Assembly (NCBI GenBank): GCA_951804945.1
Contig: OX638156.1
Span: forward strand, 49,786,001-49,850,000
DNA length: 64,000 nt
Origin: Podarcis cretensis
Taxonomy: Eukaryota
Direction: 5' to 3'
A model generated the notes under the pieces. The model did not search any database, was not told where the DNA came from, and saw only the letters and a program-made list of their open reading frames with translations. A program made the position numbers and the translations under genes. Below are positions 48,105 through 61,451 of this stretch, in pieces (position 1 is the stretch's first letter; each line of letters starts with the position of its first letter).

Positions 48105-48319
48105 CAGTGGTACCTCGGGTTACATACGCTTCAGGTTACAAACTCCGCTAACCCAGAAATAGTACCTCGGGTTAAGAACTTTGCTTCAGCATGAGAACAG
48201 AAATCTGGCGGCGGCAGTGGGAGGACCCATTAGCTAAAGTGGTGCTTCAGGATAAGAACAGTTTCAGGTTAAGAACAGACCTCTGGAACGAATTAAGTCC
48301 ATAACCAGAGGTACCACTG
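48105..48319. mobile_element. Tc1/mariner-pogo (Tigger-like) MITE, copy 2 (opposite orientation to copies 1 and 3)
   Basis: TA|cagtggtacctcgggtta...taaccagaggtaccactg|TA. Confidence 0.8.
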
Positions 48320-49197
48320 TATAGTAATTCAACACAGAATTGGTGAGTTAGACAGAAATATTGTTGCTCCCCCAAAGAATCTCATAATATGGTTTGAAAG
48401 ACAAGGGGGCAAATTCATCCCCTCCTCACTCACTCCACCCCTTGGAGGGCTTTCCAGAAGCCCCAGATAACAACACTCAGGTCATCTTTCAACAAATAAG
48501 TCAACTGCTGTAATGAAGGGAATAGAACTACCCTACCTACATTTTTGTTTTTATGACTGCAGATAAGCTGGAGCCACCGTGCAGATATGGAAGCATCGTG
48601 ACTGTGCGTCTCTGGCCTGTTGTTATCTCAGCCCATTCCAACCCTCTGCAACTTGATGGTAAATAAATGAAGAGGCTGTTGGGCTGCCCTCCAGCTCATG
48701 TGGTTTAACTTGCTTAACTGGAAAATAAAGAGAAATGCACATTTCCTGTGAAAATGATGGCTTTCCACACTCCCCTCAACCTGAAAATATTTCCCGTGAC
48801 TGAATAAACAGAAGACAGGAAGGCAAGGCTGTCATAGGGGGATAATCAGGCAAAAAGAGAAACACACACCCCATAATTCATACAACTTTTGTATCTGAAT
48901 GTGGTGGGGCCCCTTTCCCACCCATCTCCCTTGTCAATAAGAGCAGATGAAGAACTAGAGATCACGTCTCAAATACTCAGCATATTGGCAAAGTCGTGTA
49001 ATGTTACTCCGAAAGCTAATGCATGTACTTGGATCAATCGCGTTCTTGCCCTCATATGCCAAGATCCATTTGTGCAGTGATGTGAATCATTGCTCAATTC
49101 AGCTTAACCAATTGCCAAAGCCCAGAAAGCTTTTGAAATGTAGCTGCACTTTGTTGGTGAGTTTCAAATGGATGTGTGTCCTTAGTTCAAACATTTC

Positions 49198-49547
49198 TTT
49201 TTTAAAAAAGATATTTATTAGAGTTTTTCACAACAAAACAAATATCACAATCAAAAAACAGAAAAGAAAAAACAGAGAAAAAGACAATCAAAAATACCAT
49301 AGCAAAAAACAACAAAAAACAAAGAAAAAATTATTCCTTACTTACTATCTTTGTAACCCTCTTTCCTGACTTCCTCACATCTCCCTTTTCTGTGTTCCCC
49401 TTTACACAATCAAATTCAGCAATTTCCTACCCTCTTTCCAATCTTATACCCTATTTATGCATTTCAACCTATTATACCTTTGGTTTCTTTTCCTTTCCAA
49501 TTAAGTCATTTATCACATATTCTTTCTAACTTAGTCCCTTATATCAT
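49198..49547 (-). mobile_element. 5'-truncated L1-like LINE 3'UTR fragment
   Basis: Poly-T then aagatatttatt (polyA tail and signal on -); 16-bp TSD ttagttcaaacatttc (49182-49197 / 49548-49563); related to 62787-63025. Confidence 0.65.
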
Positions 49548-50779
49548 TTAGTTCAAACATTTCACTGCTCAGAGACCCATGTATACATGGGGAAACAGTG
49601 ACATGCACAACTCCTAGGCTTGTATCTGCTTTAAAAGTGTGTCCGGCTGCTCAGGATACAGGTTCAAGCATTTATATCTGCCCCACACCTTCAATTTGTA
49701 TTTTTTTAAAAAATCCAAAATAGATTAAACTGGGACATGCAGCAACTGTTTCAGTCCAGGGTTCTGGTTTCTCTTCACCTTCCTCAACCTCCGTCTTCCT
49801 GTTCCAACCCCCACCAACTTGCAATCCATCTCAGTTCTGATAGGGCTGTTTCTGGGGTCCACACCATGTTCCCAGCTTTTTGTTTCTCCCAGCTGATCAG
49901 TTCCTGTTGTGCTGATGCTACTGTTTTGACTGCATAAGAAACCAGCTTCACAGCCTGAAGACTGGAAACAGAGGGTATGGTTGTGGTGTTGTATGAGGAT
50001 AAATGTACAGAAGAATAATTAACAGTGTAAAAATATTTGGCAAGTGAGTCACATTTATTTCAATCAGTACTGATCCTAAGAAAGCATGCCTAGGTTTGTA
50101 ACTAAGCTTAAAGAAAATCCAAATAAATTAGCAAGATATATTCTAAATATAAGTAATTTTGTAAACTGCTTAGATATTTTCTTTCAATCAATTGGTATAT
50201 GAATTTTGTTACATAAATAAAATAAATAAATGTATTTAGGACTGACAGTCATTTCCACACCATATGTTGAAAGTACTCTCACAGCACTTTAACTGTTATG
50301 GCTCCCACCAAAGAATCCTGGAAACCAGTTTGTTAAGTGTTCTGGGAATTGTGGCTCTGTGAGGGGTGTCCTAAAAACAACAAGAAATTATTTTGAAACA
50401 GGTTTGTTCTAATGTGTTTGTGAAATGATTGTTGATTAGTGTTTTCTAAGTTATGTTTGAAGCTCTGTTGTGTGTCCCAATGTAGTGGAGGTGGCATCTA
50501 CATAGACCACTTACATTCAGTTGCATAGCCTTTGGTATCCTGGTACCTTCTAGGTGTTTTGGATGACATCTTTGGCTGTTATGGGAGCTGTAGTCCAAAA
50601 CAACTGAAGGGCACCCGGTTGATGAAATCGGCAATAGCAAGTGTTGCACTCTTCAAGCTCTTTAGAATTATTTCAGCCTGAGGGTTCTTCTGAAAACTCC
50701 TATGTGGACTCCTGGTGCTCCCTTCAAATCCCAGGTAAGGCAGAGGTGGAAGGATATAACTCATTTTCTCATTCACTTA

Positions 50780-51017
50780 CAGTGGTACCTCGGGTTAAGT
50801 ACTTAATTCGTTCTGGAGGTCCGTTCTTAACCTGAAACTGTTCTTAACCTGAAGCACCACTTTAGCTAATGGGGCCTACTGCTGCCGCCGTGCTGCCGGA
50901 GCACAATTTCTGTTCTCATCCTGAAGCAAAGTTCTTAACCTGAAGCACTATTTCTGGGTTAGCGGAGTCTGTAACCTGAAGCGTATGTAACCTGAAGCGG
51001 ATGTAACCTGACCACTG
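50780..51017. mobile_element. Tc1/mariner-pogo (Tigger-like) MITE, copy 3
   Basis: TA|cagtggtacctcgggttaag...gtaacctgaccactg|TA. Confidence 0.8.
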
Positions 51018-51098
51018 TATTTTAAAATATTCTTAGGTAATATTGAGTCCCCTTCCTGGATCCAGAAAACCTCCCTGCCAGCAGAGTCCTTACACATA

Positions 51099-51403
51099 GG
51101 TAAAGGTAAAGGGACTCCTGACCGTTAGGTCCAGTCATGGATGATTCTGGGGTTGTGGCGCTCATCTCGCTTTATTGGCCGAGGGAGCCGGTGTACAGCT
51201 TCTGGGTCATGTGGCCAGCATGACTAAGCCACTTCTGGCGAACCAGAGCAGCGCACGGAAACACTGTTCCTATTTATCTACTTGCACTTTGACGTGCTTT
51301 CGAACTGCTAGGCTGGCAGGAGCAGTGACCGAGCAATGGGAGCTCACCCCGTTGTGGGGATTCAAACTGCCAACCTTCTGATCGGCAAGCCCTAGGCTCT
51401 GTG
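51099..51403 (-). mobile_element. Sauria SINE (slightly 5'-truncated) flanked by ~80-bp direct duplication
   Basis: ggtaaaggtaaaggg tail on + side, reverse complement of the 52938 copy; flanks 51018-51098 and 51407-51489 are duplicated. Confidence 0.85.
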
Positions 51404-51889
51404 ATTTATTTTAAGATATTCTTAGGTAATATTGATGGTCCCCTTCTTGGATCCAGAAAACCTCCCTGCCAGCAGAGTCCTTACACATACCCATTGTCAT
51501 AAGGTACGCATCCTCCTACCTATATGACACCTGCTGAAAGACTTTTTGTTTTGGTAAGCCTTTCTAGACATATATAGTTACCTTTATATGTTTTAAGTTT
51601 TATTATTTTCAATCTGTGTTAAAATGGTTATGCTTTTATGATTTTTTAAATTGTTTTGAGTATATATTAGTGTATCAGCTTCTCAGACCTGTGTATGTGT
51701 ATATAATTTATATTGAAGAGTGGGAAAATATCATACATACACCCCCCAAAAAATCAATCCATCATTTCCATACAGGTTAGGAACCAATTAATATGCTATC
51801 TGCCTGTCTACGCTGATGCCATTCCTCTCAAAAGTCCCGTATGAAGCACATCCTAGTCGTACGCATTTACTAAGAGAAAAACATGCTTT

Positions 51890-52330
51890 GTTTCCCACCC
51901 CCGTCGGCCGCCTCATGAAAGTAGACTATTTCATTGGCTGACAAAGTCAACGGCGCGTCGTTCCGATTGGCCTCTGAGCACTATGCCCTCCTCCACCTCA
52001 TCCCACCCCCCGCCTCGCCACCTGTTTGATGAGTGGGAGTGGCCTAAGGTACGGCGGCCTCGGAAGCCCAAGAATCCCCTTCGGTCGAGGCGAGCGAGTC
52101 TGAATGGGGTCGATGAAGGAGCACGGTAGCGGCGGGGACGCGCCGGTGACCCCCGAAAGGAGGCCCGTCTTCACCCTGGACGAAGTGGCGAAGCGAAACA
52201 CCGACAAGGAGACCTGGCTGGTCATCAGCGGGCGCGTCTATGACGTGACCCGCTTCCTCAGCGAGGTGGCTATGCTAATTTATGCAAATGACGCCCCCCA
52301 CCCTCAGGAGGGAGCTGTTTTCCGCGATAC
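51890..52330 (+). promoter_or_regulatory. CYB5B promoter / small CpG island with paired inverted CCAAT boxes
   Basis: ATTGG at 51933 and 51966 (33 bp apart, NF-Y-type pair), GC box-like cccccgcc ~52008, CpG-rich, about 140-170 nt upstream of ATG 52104. Confidence 0.65.
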
Positions 52331-55300
52331 GGGAGCGGGGGCTTGTGGGTGGACCCACTCCCGCCCAGGGACTTCCTGGGAGCAAGGAGGGAGATGCGGG
52401 GCCTTGCTGAGATCATGAAGGCCTGGAGGGGCCGAAAGGGGAGACCCCAGCTGGCCTCTGCCGGACGGGGTGAGGGGGCTGGAAAAGGCTAGCCTGCAGG
52501 CTAAACATGGCGGGGTGGTGGTGGTAGGGATGGCTAGGCCCTCGAGGGAGCCTCTTCCAGCCTCCTGGACTTTCAACTGCAAGCGGCCTGTAGATTGGGA
52601 AAGGCAGAACACAACGTCATAATGTCCAGGCTAACTTCTTCCAGCTCCTGACAGACACAGGGCGTTGCTTTGCCATAGCATCCCCTGCCTTCCTTCTAAG
52701 GCTGTGGGCAGGTTCACCCCGTTCCCACAACTTCAGTGGGCTGAGTTTCCTCAGTTATCCTTTGAAAATGTTAAAAATGTATACATAAAAAGTAGCAATA
52801 CACAGAGAGTAAATCTAGTCAGCCAGAGTCAATTGGAGGACCCACATGGGAATGGGGATAAAACAAATGCTTTGCATGTAGGAGGCATGCAGATTCAGTC
52901 CGCAGCATCTCCAGTTTAAAGGGTGGTACACTCTAAAGGGATGCGGGTGGCGCTGTGGGTTAAACCACAGAGCCTAGGACTTGCCGAGCAGAAGGTCGGC
53001 GGTTCGAATCCCCGTGATGGGGTGAGCTCCCGTTGCTCAGTCCCAGCTTCTGCCAACCTAGCAGTTTGAAAGCAAGTCAAAGTGCAAGTAGATAAATAGA
53101 TACCACTCCGGCAGGAAGGTAAACGGCATTTCTGTGCGCTGCTCTGGTTCGCCAAAATTGGCTTAGTCATGCTGGCCACATGACCAGCTGTACGCCAGCT
53201 CCCTCGGCCAATAAAGCGAGATGAGCGCCGCAACCCCAGAGCCGGTCACGACTGGACCTAATGGTCAGGGGTTCCTTTACCTTTACATTCTTGCCTGAGA
53301 TGTTGGATGGCCAGTGTGAGGGGGAAAGGGCTAGGAAAAGCCTTGGAGACCCACTGCATGACACTTTAGATAAAGGGAAGGGCAGGAAATTATCTGAGGC
53401 CCTATAAGTATTTTCAGGCTCCCAACTCCCATCAACCCTAATGACCTAATTATCCCAGTGGCCTGGGATAATAGGAACTCATTGATTTACTTCTTTATTG
53501 CATTTATATCTCACTTTTTTCTCCATGGAGCTCAAGGTGGCTTACATGGTTCTCCTCATTTAATCCCAACAACACCCCTGTGAGGTAGGCTAGGCTGAGT
53601 GAATGGCCTAATGTCACCCAGGGAGCTTCATAGCCAAGTGAAAATTTGAACCCTGGTTTCCCATGACCTAGTTCAATACACCGACAACTATTTCACACTG
53701 GCTGTCCAAAAATATCTAGAAGGCTGCAAGTTTCCCTTCCCCTTGAAGCAGACAGTACTAGGCTAGTGGACCCAGGGGTTGACCACTTGGCGGCTTTGTA
53801 GGCATACACAACTGCTTATTGACTTCTCTAAATGAGAACAGGATAGGAGCAAATGCTTGTTAACGGTTTGCAAAATTCAGCTAACCCTCTGTGTGAACAT
53901 ATCTTATGTTGCAGCCTCTATTAAGATTTAGGATCTCACAGGGTTGATGTGAACATTTATATGAAAAGGATTTTCAACTATTTGGAACACTAAAATGTTA
54001 TAGAAATAATTATTAACTGCTAGCAGCCTTGTACCTGGAATTGCTCAGGAATTCTAAGAAATCAAAACATCAGTGCAGTTTTGAAAGGTCCAGTTCAGTG
54101 TGCCATCTTGATTTCTAATGGCTTCCCATTGTACCCAAACAAAGATAAAAAACGCATCCTTGATCTCAGGAACCATTTTGCAAAATTTGGTTACAGTGTC
54201 TTAAGAGGTGTCCAAATGCATAGCAATCAGACAAACCATTTTCCAAAATACCTAATAGATGCCAGTATTTTAAAAAGCAAGGTAAGTTTTGCAGGAAGTG
54301 GCCACTGTATTGGAAATATCCATATTTCAGTGTCTGGTACCTAACATATAATATTGTCTTAAGTCTGATTAATTCCTCAACTGCTTATGAGCTAATTCCC
54401 AATTCTGGCTACTCAGTGACTTTGAAGTTGCTGTTTACTTCCCAGAAGTACTGATTAAGAGGGTTGGGGGTGGAATTGTGTGTGCACACAGACACACATG
54501 ATCACTTTCCTCTTTCCCTTCCCAGCAGTCCACAGTGTCTTAAGACAAGACAAGACAAGTCTTAAGCTTCTGGTAAATGCACATCCACACCATAATCTGA
54601 ATCAGATCTAGATTGCAATACCATCTGCAAAAAGAGTAGTCTGGAGACTGAGGACTGTGGGTGGTCTAAATTACTGTTTATTTCACTTAAGTTTCTAGAC
54701 CTCTTTTTATTGCCTATCTAGAGCAGTTAACAATCACCACATAAAAGCAACATAAAACTATATTAAAGTAATTAGTGCTTCATTTTTAAAAAATCGATAG
54801 CTAATCACAGAGATAAAAGGAAATTTAATGAAAACATTGTAAATTTGCAAAAGAGCCTCATAGGTTTGTCCTAATATAAAATGCCTTTAGGCCAATTACT
54901 AGCTACTTACATGCTTTGGCCTCTTTGATAATGTAGTCTAATGGATTGAGGCCACCACTGAGAAGACCCCGCTGTGTGTTTACACTTGTGTGCCTGTGTG
55001 TGAGTTTAACCAAGGCCTCTTCTACTGTTTTGAAAGGATGGATGAGCTCACAAGGAAAGAGAAGTGCTTTCTGTAGGTCTTCTGTTGAAGCTGTAGATGG
55101 TACCTTTCAGACTCCTAGTTAGTTCAGTAGTTCCTAAACATCTTCCCCCATGGACTGCTTGAAAAATTCCTGTAGTCTTGGAGGACCACTTATTGATCTT
55201 TCTGCCTATTTTAGCAATTGTACTGCAATGTTCTTCAACCTGAAACTCTTTGTGCTTTCTTGCTGCATGATACATGAGTGAGATTGTGGTTCAGCCTGAA

Positions 55301-58300
55301 GTGCTACCACAGGCTTGTTGCGTAAAGCAGAGGAGGCCTCTTTGCAAAGAGATAATTGTGTTCTGCTCCTGGGGCTCCAGCAGATTGTCGGTCAATGGGC
55401 CAGATGCTGATTTAGTCCTTGAAGCCTGCCAATTGCAGCAGGGATTACATAAATCCAATTCTGTTTAGTAATGTTGCAGCAAAGATTACATATTAAAGAA
55501 TGAGACGTTAGACTTTCATGTGATAGAAGCACATTGGAATGAGGGAGACCTGGAGCTCCAGAAAGCTAGGAATTGAATTCCTGGGTAGCTCAGAAGCTGC
55601 CTGGGAACACCAGATGGGTACCCATAATGTATTTCAAGGGAGGATGCACAGGAATGCTTGCTTTTGTGCCCCTTCTCTTGTGTGCCAAATTCTGGGCCCT
55701 CACTATGTCTCCTGCTCTAAATGCAAGTTGCTACGAGACTTTGGAAGATTTAAAATCAAACGTCTGAATAGCATTAGCTCCGGCAAAGAGCTTTGGGTTC
55801 CTATTCTTCCCTAGGCTGGGGGCATCTTTGCTGGGTACTTTCCAACTTGGTTTGGCATTCTGTTCTCTACTGTTTGCTTGATCACTTGGAGAAAAATTTT
55901 CTGGATGTAAATGGCCTTTTGGCTGTGGATGAATTCAACTTCTCAAACTGACTGTATATCAGATCATCTATCTTATTGATCCAGCTTTTCTAAGTGACAT
56001 GGAACGCCAAAACTGTTCTTTAAGGAGAAACTTAAAACCAGAAGATACCAAGAACTTAAGGCAGCATGACACACACTAGCCTAATTCAAAAGCTACCTTT
56101 GTATTTGTCTTCTCTCTCCTTCTCTCTGGTAGTATGGAAACCAGATTCAATGCCTGAGAGATTAGTTAGGGCTGAATACTATCCATTTTCAAATAAGCTT
56201 TGCTTAACTTCTTTCCATGCCCATCCTTAACTTTGCAGTTCATAAAGACAAAGGAAAGAAGTCAATTGCTGGTGGCTTAAATCAAGCCCTTTTCGCTTGT
56301 TGTCCATTTCTAAGGCCTTCAGTCTCCACACCTCTTGTGTCATTCTGGGGAGAAATGTGAGCTGCCAAAGGGGGAAGCTGATGACGTCAATCAGAGATTA
56401 CTCTCATCACCTCTGCCCCCTGCCTCGCCCTTGGAGGCTTCTTCTTTTTCTTTTTTTTACCCTGGGAGCAATATCCACCCCAGGGATCCTTCCAGCACAT
56501 TGAAGGTGTGCCTGGGCATGTTTTGACTGCACTGTACTCTCTGACCTGAGATGCTGTATGTGGCTCCTGCTCTGCCAAAAGTCAGTGGCATCTACAACCC
56601 AAGGGAGAGGTAGCAGGAGTCCAAACTATTGGAAGTAAAACACAGATAGTGTAGGAAGCTTCTCCTTTTAGCACATTGGGCAATTGACCACCTAGCCTCA
56701 CACTATTTATTCCAGCTGCAAGTATCTGTCCACTATTATTGCTATTGTTTAGATTTCTTACCTGCCCTTCACCATAAGGTCCCAGGATGGGCTGCAGCAA
56801 TGTAAAATATAGTTAAAAACAACTTTGAATCAGAAGTATAGGGTGGGCCCTAAAACATTTATTTATTGAATTTATATATCTTCCTTCTAAGGGTGCCCAG
56901 GGAGACAAACATACACACAAGCAATAAAAGACCAAATATCAATTTGAGTACAAATGCAGACAGACAGACAGATAGATAATCAGATGAAGATAGACACATC
57001 TATGTGAGGAGGGAATTCAATAGCTATGGGGCTGTCCTAGAGAATGCTCTTTTCCGGCCTGCTGCTATCCATGTTGGGATCAAGTAAAGGGTTTTTGTTT
57101 TAACCAAAGATGCCAGCAGGGATTAAATCTGCGACTTTTTGTATGTAAAACGTGCTCATTCCTTGCATCTGTGGAACCAGAAAGCACCGTAGTAATCATA
57201 GCGATTCTACTTTGCTCATCCTGGCAACCCTCCATCCCACTCTTTAACTCAATCTTCACCGACCTGGTGGTTCCCACAGTTGTTCTGGACCAGAGCAGAT
57301 GGGTGTCCTTGGGTGGAAAAATGGCTGTTAATATCAGAGGTACAGTTTAAAAAAATCAGATGGGTCTTAAGTGGTGCTGAAAAACATAGCATTTGTTTTC
57401 TTTTATTATCTTACATTTATATCAAAGAATACTCAAGGCTGCACATGATTAAAATACAAATACAGTACTGTAAATCTCCAGGCACCTGATGTGTGTTTAA
57501 GGGACCAACATTAATGCATTTCCAGACCATGGGTAGAAGGAGTAAAATCCGCGGACCTCTTGCTTGCCACTACTAGGCTTCCAGGTTCTTGGATGGCCAG
57601 GGCCTTAATTTTTCAAGCATGTTTAAGGAAACTGGATGGAATTCTTGAGGCTTCCCATAGTGGAGATGGGACATTAAGGCTGCAATCCAACTACACTTAC
57701 CTGAGAGTAAGTCCCATTGAATTCATAAGGACTTACTTCTGAGTAGATAAGTATAGGATTCAACCGAGTGCAGTCCTTTGCATGTCTACTTGGATATTAT
57801 TCCCACCGAGTTCAGTGGGACATGCCTTGGGTTGTCAGTTGTGTATATGCTGAGGAAGAGAAGCTGGTGTGTTTTTCTTGCTGCTTTTCGTTTTCATAGT
57901 TCCTATGTTGTTCTTTGCAGCATCCAGGTGGAGAGGAGGTTCTGCTTGAACAAGCTGGTAAAGATGCCACTGAGAACTTTGAAGACGTTGGCCACTCTAT
58001 GGATGCCCGAGAGATGCTTGACCAATACCTTATAGGAGAGGTTCATCCGGTGAGGTCCTACTATGGGGGGGAAATTGGGAATGTTTGTAGCTTTTATTTA
58101 ATAAGAATATCCACCTTTGGGTACAGGCTGTGGAGCTCCAGAGAGAAGGTGAGGCACAAACTATTCTTTGCCTCTTTTGTCAAAGAGCTTGTTGTGGGTT
58201 TGGGTGGGGGAGCTGATTAATGTAGCAGCATGTGCTCTCAAATGACTTGAACTCAGCCTTTGCTCGCCTCCTGCCCTCCAGTTTTGGACTACAACTCCCA

Positions 58301-58615
58301 TAAGCCCCAGCCAGCACAACTGTGTTGGAGTAGAAAGTATGACCATGCAAGCTGGGGCTGGTGGGAGTTGTCATCCAAAACAACTAGAGAGTACCAGGTT
58401 GGCAAGGCAGCGCTAATGTCCTGGTTTTAGTAAATAAGAACTTTGCTCCCAGTTCATTTCTGGGAGTGAGAAGTGAAGGATGCCAGGTACCTCACGTGGC
58501 TTGGGCTCTTTCTTGCATGCCAGAAATATTTTCTTCCAGGAGCTTAACATCCTTTCTCTTCTTTCTCTTCCTTTTCTTCTCTCAACAGTGTGACCGTAAT
58601 CCTAATGCCTCCAAG
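52104..58615 (+). CDS. CYB5B: Cytochrome b5 type B (outer mitochondrial membrane), coding exons 1-3; 3' exons not identified in window
   Basis: Exons 52104-52265, 57921-58049, 58589-58615 (GT-AG, phase 0). [32 protein letters not shown]|[43 protein letters not shown]: both heme-ligand His present; [15 protein letters not shown] and EVLLEQAG match B-type rather than A-type b5. Confidence 0.92.
52938..53285 (+). mobile_element. Sauria SINE, full length (second subfamily), in CYB5B intron 1
   Basis: gggatgcgggtggcgctgtgggttaaaccacagagcctagg...ggttcgaatccc...cctttaccttta; short flanking repeat tacactct/tacattct. Confidence 0.9.
53494..53702 (-). mobile_element. tRNA-derived squamate SINE (Squam3-like)
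   Basis: Reverse-complement similarity to 22700-22905 (caacaacacccctgtgaggtagg...gtcacccag...tttgaaccctgg). Confidence 0.6.
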
Positions 58616-61451
58616 GTAAGTCACTATCCTGGTGATCTCCCCTACCTCTCTTTATTCTAGCATGGAAAAGGTTTTGGGGCACTTGAAAAGGTTCAGTGAG
58701 AATGGGCATGTTGTGTTAGTAGAATGCACCTACTCCTCGGTGAGCAGAGCTCGCCTCACTTTGACTTCAGCAGTGGTAAAACAGCTGAACATAGGGTGCT
58801 GCAATGAGAGCTGCCCTGCTGCACTAGGGGTGTTTGGTTGGTTTCTGCCCTTAATTGGTCAGATTGGGGATGGGGGTGCTGTCTGTGGGCCTTTTCCTCT
58901 AGAGAGCCCAAGGCCACTGGTGTTCTGGCTGCAGGTCTTGTGTTCTGCCTCTCACGTCCTCTCTTTCTACCTTGGGGCTTCAGTTCAATGAAGAACTCTC
59001 CTTCTGCAGTGGTTCTGTGCCATGCTGCCTTCAAACTTGACTATAAAATTGTCTGTAGCACAGTACAGGCAGATCAATGCCTATCTGTGTTCAGAGGTGA
59101 TATTCCTCAAAGTACAAGTTGCCAGGGAAGCTGAATAAGAATGGATTGTTGGTCTTACTAGGGTTGTTGTTAGGTCTTTAAAGGATGTGGAATGAAAATG
59201 TGCATATGCTAATTTATATGTGTAGGTGTCTCTGGGCAGTGTGTGTGTGTGTGTGTTAAGTTTTTTAAATGACTGAAGGAAGCAGAAGATTTGAGGCCTG
59301 GTGCTTAGTCCCTCTGGGCTACCAACTCCCTTGCCCTCCCTTGGGAACTTCTTGATGGGACATATGGTTGGCCACTGTAGGAAAGAGTCTGCTGGGCCCC
59401 CTTCAGCCTGATCCAGCAGTAGCTGCAGGGCTCTTCTTACTTCCCTCACAAGATATTAAGTTCTGGGTTAAAGGTCCTGGGTTTCAGGACTGTTTACCTT
59501 TGCTGGAGGAAAGAGGATTTCTTTGTTCTGCACACAACAGCTTTCAGTTGTAGCTGGTTGAGTGGGTGGGGCTGAAAGCACTCTAGGTATGGAACACATC
59601 AGAATACCTGAGCAGCCCCTTCCCAGCAAGTCTACCCGGGAGCTGACCTGGCAAACTCTGTGCTGCAGTTGTTGGGAGAATTCTGAGCCTGTCATTGAAG
59701 AGCAGTTCCCACGATTGGAGAGGAGCAGTGGGAGCCATCCGCTGGCTATGTAAACACAGCCATTGTGGGTTGCCCAAGTCCCACTGTGTGGTGCCCAGCA
59801 GTTCAATCATTTACGACGAAAGGATTATAACATTTCTCCTACCTAACTCGAAGCCCATTCTGTGTATTATCCTCTCTCTCTCGTCATGCTCCCTGACTTG
59901 TGTCAACAAAGGCTTGGGGTGAGCATGAGGTCCCAGCCAGCAACTTGTTGAATTTGTCCTGAGAACTTAAGCATTTGATTCTGTGCTACACTTTGCCCAG
60001 AGATGTGCCCCTCTGCCACCAGGGAGCAACCTCAGGTTATTCACAGAAGACCTAAGTAGCTTCTCAGCTGCCTTGCTTCTTGGTCCAGAGTTGGAAATGA
60101 CTTTATATGGGAAACACCCACTCCCTGTCCTTCATCTGTTGTGTTAGTGTCTCAGGAAGCTGTAAAGTCAATACCTTTCTGTGATTTATGATACCTGGGC
60201 GAGAAAAAGAGTCTTCACAATGTTTTTCCTACAAACATAAAAACACATTGCAGTAGTTTCATTTATAGAACCACCCAGATTTAAAGTTTCAGAGTGACTG
60301 GTGCACAAGGAAATATGTGGTGTGTGCGTGTTAGCTAGATGAGTGTGGCTAGTTTGATTACTGCAGTTTGATGCAAGCCAACATGACAGTTACTGGGTTT
60401 TCTACGTATAGGTCCCCATTTTGAAGGGGGGGAAAACAGGAAAAAAACAAAATTCTACAGGCAAACATGTTTGTACTTTTTTTCATAAGAAGAATGCCAG
60501 GCAAACTTTTGTGGCAGGAACATTGCAAAGAAAGAAAAAGTGAGTCCCACTTAAATCTTGTCTAGGTGTCACTCCTTTCTGACAAGTGAGGGTTTTTTTT
60601 CCTTAGGAGAGGCATGGAGTACTGTGGGTGGCCTCAGCCCTATCCCTGGAGCAAAGCCCTGGTTGGCCCATCTGAAGAAATGTGCCCAGGCATACCCTAT
60701 TATTTGGAAATGACTTCTGTCTGCTCTGCATTGTCTAATGGCTTACTTGAAACAATTACTAAAAGAAGGGTTTAGACACTGAGGAAGAAGCTGATGACGT
60801 TTCTGGTCCTCTGCCTTTACACTGATTCCCCCACCTACACTTTACTTGCCCTGAAAGGGAGTCCTGTTTTCCCCTTTCAGGATCCTGATGGCATGGTTTG
60901 CATCATAATTTTCTGGACTGTTTACATAGGAGACCATGGTCCTTTTGTAGCAGAGCCAACAAATGAGTGCTAGCCCTTTGCATATATGTCATATTTAAAT
61001 GGCCCCTGTGTTTTCTGTCTCCTTTGCCTCTGCAGAACTTGAGGTACCCCCTCCCCCCTTTGCTCCTCAAGCCTTTGAGCCTGTTTTCTGTCTTTTCTTC
61101 CTCTGCCAGGCCTAACCAAAGGCGTTGCTTTTGTTTGCTCACCGCTTCTTCTTCTTCCCTAGCTGCTTCTTCAGTGTTGGTTTTCTGCATACTCAGCAAA
61201 AGCAACTTGTGTGGGTCTCAAAAGCTAATGATATCTTCTGTAGGGGAAAACTCAATGTGTTTAGTAGTGTTTACTCCTGCTTTTTCCTTTTTTAAAAATA
61301 AATAAAATCATCATGGCTAAAGAAGGAAAATGGTCCCTTCACCTGGGGGCCTATGCAGGCATTGCCTCTTCCAGTGGTAAGGAGACATGGAGGAAGGGCC
61401 TTCATAGCCATAGAGAGTGGGAGTTTGATCCAGGCATAGATAGTGGCATTT

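Noticed and set aside
60881-60973. Candidate CYB5B exon 4 (tttcag|GATCCT...)
   Set aside because: Good acceptor and a DP start, but no donor in the expected phase and no b5 membrane-anchor sequence; the remaining exons probably lie beyond the window.
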